From NCBI GenBank assembly GCA_965637545.1, contig OZ281495.1, positions 30,442,001 through 30,506,000 of the forward strand: a stretch of 64,000 nt of DNA, read 5' to 3'. Source of the stretch: Phallusia mammillata. Its lineage: Eukaryota. The translations under genes and the position numbers were made by a program. Positions 25,276 to 36,200 of the stretch are shown here, piece by piece; position 1 is the first letter of the stretch, and every line of letters starts with the position of its first letter. The notes under the pieces are model-generated. The model had not been told where the DNA came from. It made no database searches and worked only from the letters and a program-made list of their open reading frames with translations.

Positions 25276-25986
25276 AACTTTCGATTGGCCTAAAACGAGC
25301 CATCAAGCTTTAAAGCTAGAAGATTTGTTCATAATATTAAAAACAGATTTTCAAATTGCCCCTCCAAAATATAAAATTAAATTCTGCAGCATTGGGTATT
25401 TGCTGGCTAAAGTGCAATGTTTGTTTTGTTTTAATTTGGTAATTTTTTTTCACCGAGACAAATTTGTGTTAGGAACGAGTACAACCCTGAACAGGATAGT
25501 AACAGTTTTTCAAACAAACAAACTCATATTAGAAGGGGTAGATACTAAAGATTTAGAATATAATTCAAAAGAAATAGAATCATTTCTTTTTTTCTTTCGC
25601 TTCACTTTGTTTCATTTCAAACGTTAAAGATTATGTTAGTTCCTCGTGGACAAATTCCCCACGTGGACTACTGCCTCCTGTGCTCCATCAAGCGGCTGTC
25701 AGATATTATTGTGCTTTGTGTCATCGACCTTTTGCTCACAATGGTGGTGTTTGTGATGTCACTATACAAGTTGTGTGACGTTCGCAGCAGCAGAAATCTG
25801 TACAAAGCACATTTCTTCGAGAACCTGAAGAAAACTAGCAATGTATCGTTTGAAATGAAACAAAGTGAAGCGAAAGAAAAAAAGAAATGATTCTATTTCT
25901 TTTGAATTATATTCTAAATCTTTAGTATCTACCCCTTCTAATATGAGTTTGTTTGTTTGAAAAACTGTTACTATCCTGTTCAGGGT
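25276..25986. repeat. Palindromic element, left copy; the right arm runs into the gap
   Basis: Arm to 25623, 223-bp spacer 25624-25846, then the reverse complement of the arm from 25847 to the N run. Confidence 0.85.
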
Positions 25987-26186
25987 NNNNNNNNNNNNNN
26001 NNNNNNNNNNNNNNNNNNNNNNNNNNNNNNNNNNNNNNNNNNNNNNNNNNNNNNNNNNNNNNNNNNNNNNNNNNNNNNNNNNNNNNNNNNNNNNNNNNNN
26101 NNNNNNNNNNNNNNNNNNNNNNNNNNNNNNNNNNNNNNNNNNNNNNNNNNNNNNNNNNNNNNNNNNNNNNNNNNNNNNNNNNNNNN
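25987..26186. other. Assembly gap, 200 N
   Basis: Exactly 200 Ns. The round size suggests a scaffolding join of unknown true length. Confidence 0.98.
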
Positions 26187-27218
26187 TGAACATTCTTTTC
26201 ACTCTACTCACGTCATAACCATCATTTTCACGTGTAGGAATTGTAGAAAGTGTTGGGGGAAACCCTGTTTCTTTCTTCAAATTTATTCCTATCGTTTTTT
26301 TCTTAACTAAATTAAACAAAAACAGGTCTTAACCGTATTTGTCAAACATAAGAAAAACACATTTTAATTAAACATAAAAATAAAATAACAAATTGTACAA
26401 AAAGGAATCACATTAACACCATTAGACGTTGAATGTATCTGACCATGTAAAAAATGGCAATACCAACTATAATCAGTTAAGATGAACATGAATTCATTAC
26501 TGGGATCAGCCCTGAAGCGTCTATGCAGACCAGCGATCACGGCGCACGCAGATATAAATCACAGTACGCCAGGCCTATTGAAGGCGTACTGTGACCAACT
26601 ATAATATTATATTTGTTACAAATGACTGTTTTGTCTACTGTCTCCCCAAATTGTAAATGTAGGTATAAACAGCGCCTTATCATTTGGATAATTTCGCGCA
26701 TCGAGAAGTTTGTTGAAAACGTCGGTAGTTCGTTTCGTGTGTCTAGGAAACTAATGTCGTTTGTTTTCAGGAAAATTAGTAAACTATGTCGTTAAATCGT
26801 ATGTAACCTGTTTCTTATTGCTGTTCACAAAAAGCCTGCCTGTAATTCGTGACCAAGTTGTTTTGTTTTGGAAAGTGTTTGTTTTATTTGCTTGGGTATC
26901 TTTGTTAACATTATGCCTCCAAATAGTTTCTTGTATTGTTAAACCTTTTGTTGTGACAATATGCCTGGTCTAAAGTGTACTTTGTTACTTGATAGCTCGT
27001 CAACGAATGACTGTTATAAAGTCCTGGTCCAAAAGCTTCGTTAAGAGTGTTATATTGTTTAGACCGGCATTTTTTCTATTGTGTTTATGTCCTGATATTT
27101 CCCTTGAAAACCGCCCGCCAGTTTATCCATTCGGTTCTCGTTGAAGTAACTACATTCTGCTAATTGAAGCCAGCAAGGGATTTGTTTACAATTAAACTGT
27201 TGGAACTTTGTGTGTTAG

Positions 27219-28517
27219 TGGGAACATCCAAACCTGAAGCATCGGGATAGAGATGATCTTACACCTAACTCCCAAATAGAGGACACCGCCACTAACAACA
27301 ACAGCGACAGCGACTCACTAGATTACTTTCAAAAAGGTTAAATATACGTTAAAAGGTTGCACGACCAAAAGATCGTACCGCTCATAAAGGCTTTAGGGAC
27401 GCATAATTAAATCGCAAATCATTTATGTATAACAAGCGGTTTGTAGGGACTAGTAGGAGTTTTATTGAGATTTAATATCGATGATTTATGTACATAGAAT
27501 TTTTGAAACACTACAACTCGGTTTGCAACATAAAGTGTTAGTTAAGCAGCTAATAATGTTTTCATCAATCTCATCAAGCCAATGTCACTAGTTGCACTGA
27601 AGAGAGCTTATAGGTCGAAACATTGTACACTGTCTGCAGCTTATTATTCAACCAATCATAACCTTTTTTTGTAGAGTGTTTGTAGTAACTAAAGCTCCAC
27701 ATTGTAAAAGCCATATTTTTTCAGTTATCTTTCTTAGTGTGGTTTCCGCCGGTGGATTTTTCCTGCTTACAACTATCGTTTGCGTCATTGTGATATTGAA
27801 ACTGTGCAGAAATCAACGGTAGGAGTTAACGTAATCTACCACCATCAAGTCAGTTCTTAAAAACAATTTCTTGCAGTAATTTGAACGTGGAATTAGAGAA
27901 TTTTTTTCTAAGGATGAGCCAACCAAAAATATGGTTTACGAAGAACCGATTTCTGGAATGCATACCATATGTACGACGACGTGGAAAGAGGTAAAAAAAC
28001 ATCCCCAAAAATATGCAGAAAACAATCTGTATTTTGCATAATTGTATGAACCTTAATTATAGCGAGTAAAGGTTAATTTAGGAGTACTGTGTTATATGCT
28101 CGTATATTCAAATGAAACAGTGTTCATTTTTATAAAGTCGTTTTACATAAGGCAAGTGATTAAGTATTTAAAATACACTTATTTAGAATCGTACGGTTTC
28201 GCGCTCTAATATTATTGTTTTTTTTTTGTTTTTTTTTAAACGTTTTGACAATTTACACAACATTTTGTGACTTTCTGCTGTTAAAACCGACAGTCGACAG
28301 TCAAAAACAATAAAAATCTGCTTTGTTTTTGCTAAATGCTTACCATCTTTGTAAAAATAGTTCCATTGTTTTACATGCCTCTTGCTTTGGTTGTGCTTCA
28401 GAAGGCAAGGGTTCGTCCGTACGATCTGCCACATATGTTAACATGATGGAAACAGACTCTAAGGAGCACGAAACAGTGATGACAATGCGCAGGGGAGAGA
28501 AGGGAAATCTACATTGA
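27219..28517 (+). pseudogene. 3' half of a type I membrane receptor gene (stalk 27219-27336, TM 27725-27818, tail 27877-27990 and 28402-28517); ectodomain exons not found; apparent frameshifts
   Basis: The TM exon reads VIFLSVVSAGGFFLLTTIVCVIVIL-KLCRNQR between tttcag and gtagg, followed by a 58-bp intron. Tail segments VYEEP, MYDDV and TYVNM lie in different frames. Confidence 0.55.
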
Positions 28518-28959
28518 AAATTGTCAGAAGGCAAAATACTTGGCAATTGCATTCACCTGCAGTCTAACTTCACTAAGTTTCGGCCAATTATAGCGTTTTG
28601 TCGCTTTTTTATCATTGTTTACCCAAAACTCTGCTGGTTGTAATTATTTGTATTCAGTGTTGTGTGTAAGTGCTTGTGTCGACGTTAATACTGTGCTTCT
28701 TTATTCATATCTACATTTTCGCCGTCAACCGTTGTTAAGTTTCTTGTCTTGACAAAAATTATAGTCCTTCCATATGTGTAATAGTGTGATTAAATCTGCG
28801 TGTCGATGTCATTTTGAAGTGAAATTCCATTCTATAGACTTATAGTACTTACCAGATCCCGATTCATGCTTACAATGCCTAATTGTTTATTGCAATTGTG
28901 CTGTTTTTGCTTAAATGTAAATTGAATTTTTACAATTTTCAGATCCCTTTATTGTCAAT

Positions 28960-30908
28960 ATGATAGAACGTGTGATAATTACATTGATGTTGTATCCATT
29001 TGTTAATGGTCAAACCTGGATTTACTACAAACGATGTGAATATCAAATTGAGCTCTTCCCTCACGTCCACTCTTATTTCGAAGCTGAAACTGGTTGTGCT
29101 GCAAGAAATGCAACAGTTGCAAATGTAAAAACAGTTGAACTCCGAAACATGTTATCAGCCAGAATGGGAAACCTAACAACAGGTTAAGTACAAAGTAAAG
29201 TTGTTTCTACAAAGTAAACATGCTTGTAATGTATGGCTTTCAAAGTGGATTGGTGATTTTAACCAACATTTTTTCGCAATTTGAATATGAAAATGATACT
29301 TGACATATTTTTTGGGTAAAAATCATAAATTGTCGGCTTACATTTGACTGCCGTGTAAATAATAGATCAAGAAGTATACATGTAAATTTATTTTTGCATG
29401 TTCAGTTTAAGAAATTTAATAAGTATAGTCTTGAATACTGACTTATTTTTGTTATATCTCCCAGTAATAATGCTTAAAACCATTGTTTACCTCTTGTGAC
29501 TGTCGCAGAGATTCAAGCTTATTACGTCGGTGCCACACGAAAACCTCGAACAAACATTTATCAATGGACGGATGGAACTACAGTCAACCGGTCACTGTGG
29601 GCTGATGGTGAACCAAACGACAATGGAGAGGTTAAGAGATGTGTAACAATGCGATATTATGCGAATTTATCATCGAAATACCACTTCGTAGATGACTCAT
29701 GCTTCATAACTGCCCGATATATATGCAGCCGAAATCTTTCAGGTAAGAAATGTTAACCGTTTGCACAATAACGAATTGAGAGACCAAGTGGAGCCGTTAT
29801 TTTTGGGGCTTCAGTTAAACTTGTTTACACGGAAAAGAAGGCGTTTAACATATCACAATAGGAATATGCTTTGATTGCAAATTGCAGTGCAATCAACAGA
29901 CAGTAGTTTTATTCAATTTTACTTTAGGCAATAAGAGTCTATTATCTATATAATATTTAACGCTTGTACAGTATAATTTAAAGCTGTTAACCGACAAACC
30001 ATTCAATTTTGTTAGTCTTGGTCTTTAACCTATATAGCTCTGGCGTATGTTTGCCCCGCCATAACTTTTTTACAAAAGTAATAAACATGTGAAATCGTGA
30101 ACAAGCATGAATTAAAATTTGCATGTGTCCTGATTTAATCGCCAAGTCACGAAAATCTCTCACGGGTAGAAAACACAGGCATCAGTGAAGTGCAAACAAC
30201 AAGCACGTAGGCTAATCGATATTAAAGAACCGAAACTACGCAACAGCTTCTGTCGTGTAACGGTGAAAGTAAATTATCTACTAATTTATTAATTGATGGC
30301 ACGTTTGGTGAACCGTTTTCCATTCAACATCGGTTTTCCATTGGTTTATTAATTTTAAGATATGTTGGCGCAATAACGTCAACTAAAATATCATAATCCT
30401 GGATGGAAATTTATACTTTAAAGCAATGGTTTAATTTGAAGTATGTTGACTCTCCTAATGACTCTTGAACCTTGTCTAATTTTGCCAGACGTTGCAAAAC
30501 ACTAATGTATTAAAGCTATGAAGCAAACCACTATAAAGACTCGTTACACAATGAGGGATTATTGATCGCAAATTTGTTATGCCACCGACACAGCTGACTT
30601 TCCAAAATATTATTGCCCCAGCTTTAGCAATATTTCAGCATGATTTTCTTCTCTATTTCGTTATAGGCTCAGATAAAACACATTATCATCAACTGAGGAC
30701 AAAGACTGACTCCGAAGCGGGCAACGGAGACGATTGCCAACCTAAAGACGATGATGGCTTTTCAGCCTTGACCATTAGCTTAATAGTCGTCAGTGTGGTT
30801 TTATTCATTACCAACACAATTAGTGTAATCGCTATAGCAAAACTGTATAGAACCTTAAAGCAAGGACACCAAACCTCGGAGATAGTACTGTCAATTTTGA
30901 CTCCGTAA
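28960..30908 (+). CDS. Type I membrane C-type lectin, 232 aa; exons 28960-29182, 29509-29742, 30667-30908
   Basis: Signal-peptide-like MIERVIITLMLYPFVNG. CTLD hallmarks: SYFEAETGC, YYVG, YQWTDGT, WADGEPND (EPN motif), C..M, VDDSC in place of WND, and YICS. An acidic stalk, TM ALTISLIVVSVVLFITNTISVIAIA and KLYRTL follow. Phase-1 GT-AG introns. Confidence 0.85.
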
Positions 30909-31469
30909 ACAACCCTTCGTCTGCAAGCGCCACAACCGGCATTACCAAATACAGAAAATACAAAATCTAACAATTTTCCAATGTATGAAAATCAAATGAA
31001 TAGAAGAACTTCCACTCATAGATATGAATGTATCCGATCAGGTTGGTTTCAGATAAAATACAAAACAATTCCTTTTTTGACAAAACTTTTCCGTGTTACA
31101 GTTTCCAGGTGCCCTTCTATCAGCTCTGCGGCGTCCTCTTTGGGCAACAACATTTCCACTGGCGAATCTGTCCATAACGCAAAACGCCTTACCAAGTTTA
31201 TACAGCCTAAACCAATACCAAAAACACAATCTTAAAAGTCGCACTGAAGGTACAGTGTTTTTTTGCAAGCATGTAATACATTGTGTCGGTTGTGTTTTGT
31301 TACAAGGTTTCTCGCAAATTTCACTGCTGGACATGGTCACATTTTGTTTGTGTTTCCTCTTGTTCAAAAGTGCTTGTGGTTAATGCGCTGTTGATTTAAT
31401 GTTTTACCTGCTTGTTTATGACCAGTTTGGCCCATTTTTGCAATGAGCTAATGTGGAACATAGTTTTAG

Positions 31470-31620
31470 GTGTATTGTATTGTCACCAGTCATCATACAT
31501 TGTTCCATTGTGTACGTTTAGTCATTTAATGCGTTTCTAATCAATCGCTTGGTGTATTGTATTGTGACCGGTCATCATATATTGCTCCAGTGTGCACGTT
31601 AAGCCATTTAATGCGTTTCT
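31470..31620. repeat. Two-copy ~80-bp tandem duplication
   Basis: gtgtattgtattgt(c/g)acc(a/g)gtcatcata(c/t)attg..ccatttaatgcgtttct occurs twice in tandem. Confidence 0.75.
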
Positions 31621-32373
31621 GTTCATTCGCCTGTCATCTACTTTGGGCTCCAATCTTTTCCTCGCGACTTACTGTCAGCAAAATTTTAGTCCCAAAGCGC
31701 GTGAAAATAAAAAATAAAAAACACGTCAATATTTTTAGGACTTTATTTAACAATTTTGGTCAAACATAACATAGCCATTACCTATTTAGACATTGTGCTA
31801 GTGTAGAAATGATTTAGGCAAAAAAGTTACACAAGTTTACAAAAATCGTTTGTGTTCGGTGAGAACTACCGTTTCGTACTTTTAGCGCCACATACGTGTG
31901 GCATACTCCGTACACGGTTTACCGGTGATTGATTACTTGAGCATTGTGACTCATGAATGGTTTAATTGTCACAGCGCATGTCATTCGAATCCCGCTGTTT
32001 GTTCGTTCGTTCGTCAGTTGCTGACCGGAAAACAAAATGGGACAAAAAACGTTTCCCGGCAGGCATTTAAGTGTGTATGGTATACCTTTCAAGGCAGTTG
32101 TACATTTGAAAGAGAAGTAGGTGCACTGTGTTTAAGGGGATAATTAAGCTTTAACCGTGTAAGTATATCGCCAAAACTGTTAAAACATACAGTTAAAACA
32201 TGTCAAAAAATAGACTAAATAAAAAGACAAAACGTGAGACTTTTTAGTCAAAACAAGTAAGCGCCAGGCAGCGCCGTATACCTCAAAGAAAGCTGTGTAT
32301 CAGGCTTAGTTCGGGCTTTAACTTTTCTACAAAATCAATAAAAATATGAAGACTCCGGACTTAGTACCAACTT

Positions 32374-33291
32374 AACTTTCGATTGGCCTAAAACGAGCCA
32401 TCAAGCTTTAAAGCTAGAAGATTTGTTCATAATATTAAAAACAGATTTTCAAATTGCCCCTCCAAAATATAAAATTAAATTCTGCAGCATTGGGTATTTG
32501 CTGGCTAAAGTGCAATGTTTGTTTTGTTTTAATTTGGTAATTTTTTTCACGAGACAAATTTGTGTTAGGAACGAGTACAACCCTGAACAGGATAGTAACA
32601 GTTTTTCAAACAAACAAACTCATATTAGAAGGGGTAGATACTAAAGATTTAGAATATAATTCAAAAGAAATAGAATCATTTCTTTTTTTCTTTCGCTTCA
32701 CTTTGTTTCATTTCAAACGTTAAAGATTATGTTAGTTCCTCGTGGACAAATTCCCCACGTGGACTACTGCCTCCTGTGCTCCATCAAGCGGCTGTCAGAT
32801 ATTATTGTGCTTTGTGTCATCGACCTTTTGCTCACAATGGTGGTGTTTGTGATGTCACTATACAAGTTGTGTGACGTTCGCAGCAGCAGAAATCTGTACA
32901 AAGCACATTTCTTCGAGAACCTGAAGAAAACTAGCAATGTATCGTTTGAAATGAAACAAAGTGAAGCGAAAGAAAAAAAAGAAATGATTCTATTTCTTTT
33001 GAATTATATTCTAAATCTTTAGTATCTACCCCTTCTAATATGAGTTTGTTTGTTTGAAAAACTGTTACTATCCTGTTCAGGGTTGTACTCGTTCCTAACA
33101 CAAATTTGTCTCGGTGAAAAAAAATTACCAAATTAAAACAAAACAAACATTGCACTTTAGCCAGCAAATACCCAATGCTGCAGAATTTAATTTTATATTT
33201 TGGAGGGGCAATTTGAAAATCTGTTTTTAATATTATGAACAAATCTTCTAGCTTTAAAGCTTGATGGCTCGTTTTAGGCCAATCGAAAGTT
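32374..33291. repeat. Complete ~0.92 kb palindromic (foldback-like) element
   Basis: Arms 32374-32719 and 32943-33291 are near-perfect reverse complements (only short indels, mostly homopolymer-length) around spacer 32720-32942. No TSD found. Confidence 0.92.
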
Positions 33292-36200
33292 TGTGCCCAT
33301 TATCCATTTATGTTCTATGTTTTTTTTTCGGATTTTTACGGGTGTGAACCTTCGACCATTTCTAATACAAACCAAGTTGAAGAACTGAATTTAAGCCCAT
33401 TTTATCGAAACTGGTGCTAATACTCGAACCCGACCAAAAATAGCCGCCTCGGTTTTTCCAACTCGACTTTCTTTGTTTTATGGGGTTCGAACCCATGCAG
33501 GACATCCCATGGGACGAATTCAGGCGCGCTAGACGTGACCATTCGGCCAAGACTTCTTCGAGTTGTGATTGGCGCCGATAGCGGTAAAGTTATTTTTTGT
33601 AACATAACCACTAGGTTATGCTGCAGAGCTAACATGCCTAATGGTCCGTAGCGCTTGATTTTTACATAGAAATAGAAAAAAATCCTGACTAGAATTTGTA
33701 CCTGCATGGGAGGGTCCTGGTTTGACCCCCTTGTAAAAAATCTAAATAATATGTATTCTTAAAGCTAACCTCTTCGAATTTTTTACATATTAATTATATT
33801 AATTCTTGTATTGTGGTGTGTCGGTTTAATTATATTAATGAGAAGTAACAAATGTATACCACTAAGTTTGAAGTGTGTTGACTTGAGGTAGATGCAAAAT
33901 AACCCTGATGTTATGTAAAACGAACCATTAAGACTTAATAACGTAAGAGTATAAACCTTTACAACGGGGAAATCCGCCCCTTTTAATCAAAATAGTGTGA
34001 GTGCGAAAAGGGACTTGTTAGGTAAACAAAACGAGGCATTCAATTCAGTTGTGGCATTCTCAGCAGTTCGCGCGCGTTTAAAAGTATTTTTCCTGGACAA
34101 TAAAAAGTGTCTTTAATTGCATTTGAATGTTTTAAAAAACCTAGAACCAATCAGCAGCTTTGTTGATATCACGTGATTTACCCAAACACATCAAGCCAAA
34201 ACTGCCAGTGCAAGAAAGAGTTGTAAGTCAGGCCGGGCTTTTCGGGTCGGGATCAAATTTCAGGCCCGCTTACTACTCTGGCGCACACATTCCAGATTCT
34301 ATTTGTTTTCATTCTTTACGTCTAGGGCAGTGAATTTCGAACAGTGCGCTCTGCGTGGTGGCAATGCTGATATTGATTTGTAAATATATAATCCTCAAAA
34401 GAAATGATTAATATTTCCGCATGTATTTCAATAGGGCGGTCCGAAAATTTAGGTAAATCCGAAAGCGCACTTTGAGGTTAAACGTTTTGAGAAACACTGG
34501 CCTACCTTATTATTTTGGTATGTAAAATACTTTACTTTGACTGTCTCAAAGACTGGTTTGACTTTTTCTCTTATTTTACATTTTTCATATTTTTGTGGAA
34601 AACCTTTTACCCGTAGGCGTAAATCTACAACGTAGTAAGCTCTCGACTAAAATGTTTTTCAGGCATTAATGTCAAGTAGGATAACATTACAGTAGTTAAG
34701 ATGAACATAAATTCACAACTGGGATCAGCCCTAAAGTGTTAATGCAGACCAGCGACCACAACACACTCATACATAAATCACAGCACGCCAGGCCCATTGA
34801 AGGCGCCATACCAAATTCGCTGGTCACCAAGCATTCACCACCAAATGGCAAGGCGTAGGCTAGAAAAATCTAGTCTGCAGTGGGGATTCGAACGCTCGAC
34901 AGGAATCTACAAACTGAGCTACACAAGCTCAGTGAAGATACCGCTGACAGTTGAATCACAGCACCGTTGACTGCCTCGTATGCTGCACATGTCAGCTTCG
35001 TAATAGGGATCGCCACATTAATTACAGTAGTCAATATCCTTATTTATTACAAGGCTAAAAAATGCATCATAAAAAGTGAAAGGAAACGGCGTATAACTGT
35101 TTCAGAGCAGGCGTGTAACCCTCTGAAAAGCTCGCATGTATTTGAGATTTCAAGGACCTTCACCCCGAAACAGTAAGGAGAAACGTTTCATATTATTTGT
35201 AGGGATGGTGGAAAAGTTTGGTAGTCGTGGAAAAATACAGAAACGCCTCTCACCTTCCCTATGATAAATCTACACAATCACGAAGTAGGTGGTGTTAAAT
35301 CTGGGAATTTTTATTCAACGTATTTGTTGCGACATTTCCAGGAAAAGCTGATTACCTCGACCTCACACAAAGACAAAACACATACACATTGTTTTGTCAC
35401 AATAAACTCTTCACAAAAGACCACCTGTCGGCTTTAACGCGGAGTAAGAACTCGTGAAAGGATGTGAATTGTGTCTGGGACGCCGCTTTGTTTTAAACAC
35501 TCGCTCGCTTACGCGCGTTTAACGAATGAAATTCCACACAGTTCAATTACACTACAACGGAAGCAGAGTTTTAAACATATGATAGGGTGGCGTAACAAGT
35601 ACAAATTATCTTTCTTTGGTGGTCGGGTTTGGGTTTGGAGTGCAGCAGTTCCCAAAAATAAAAAATGCTTTTTGTAGAACTGGTCGCAAAAACTGATCAG
35701 CCGCTGTTTTTTTTCTCCAGGGTGTCACTTGTAAAAAACTAATTAAGTTTCTGCATTACTGTGGTTTAAAGTTTCAAGTGCAGTTTGTGTTTTTATCGCA
35801 TACATTTTTTAATCTATTCTTCAGTGTTGTTAACTATACGAAAAGTCTGTATAATTAAGGTAAAAAAACAAAGTTGAAACAAGTCAAAAAAGACAAAGTT
35901 AAAACAAGTCACTTTCCAATCTCAGTTTAAACATCAATTGCCTTCTTTTTTGCCCTAATTAGCCACGTCTCACCAGCAATTCGCTACAGTGACAAAACAT
36001 GTAATAAGTCTTGTAACATAATGCGCTGAGGCCATAAGTTCAGGCAATACTTTTTACCACAAGACGATTTGACACAACTATCGATTCTTTAAATATAGGT
36101 TGCGAATGGAACAAACTTTTCAGAACAGATGTTTCATTCTGCAGCTACTTCCTGACATATTAGGAGAAGGACACAATATGGTGAATTTAAACTGAAACAG

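Larger units (their letters stand above)
15020..25623 (+). repeat. Segmental duplication; direct copy at ~40930-58307, interrupted by two deletions and the BEL element
   Basis: Constant offset of 25943 bp over 16.3-20.5 kb (identical ORF translations, e.g. 16336/42279, 17368/43311, 19806/45749). Confidence 0.92.
19302..25623 (+). repeat. Segment S, copy 1 (left arm of a ~6.3 kb inverted repeat)
   Basis: Mirror coordinates sum to 58565-58566 with 32943-39263 (e.g. ORFs 19806-20048 vs 38517-38759, 24859-25149 vs 33417-33707). Confidence 0.92.

Noticed and set aside
19806-25890. Identical short ORFs recurring three times (MHFISAF..., MAEWSRL..., MFIILKT...)
   Set aside because: The identity reflects very recent segmental duplication of repeat-derived DNA, not coding constraint.
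25762-26319. ORFs of 78-185 aa spanning the N run
   Set aside because: Artefacts of translating Ns.
30850-30865. ITIM in the lectin tail (KLYRTL)
   Set aside because: The -2 position is Lys rather than I/V/L/S and the motif abuts the membrane, so it is only a YxxL.
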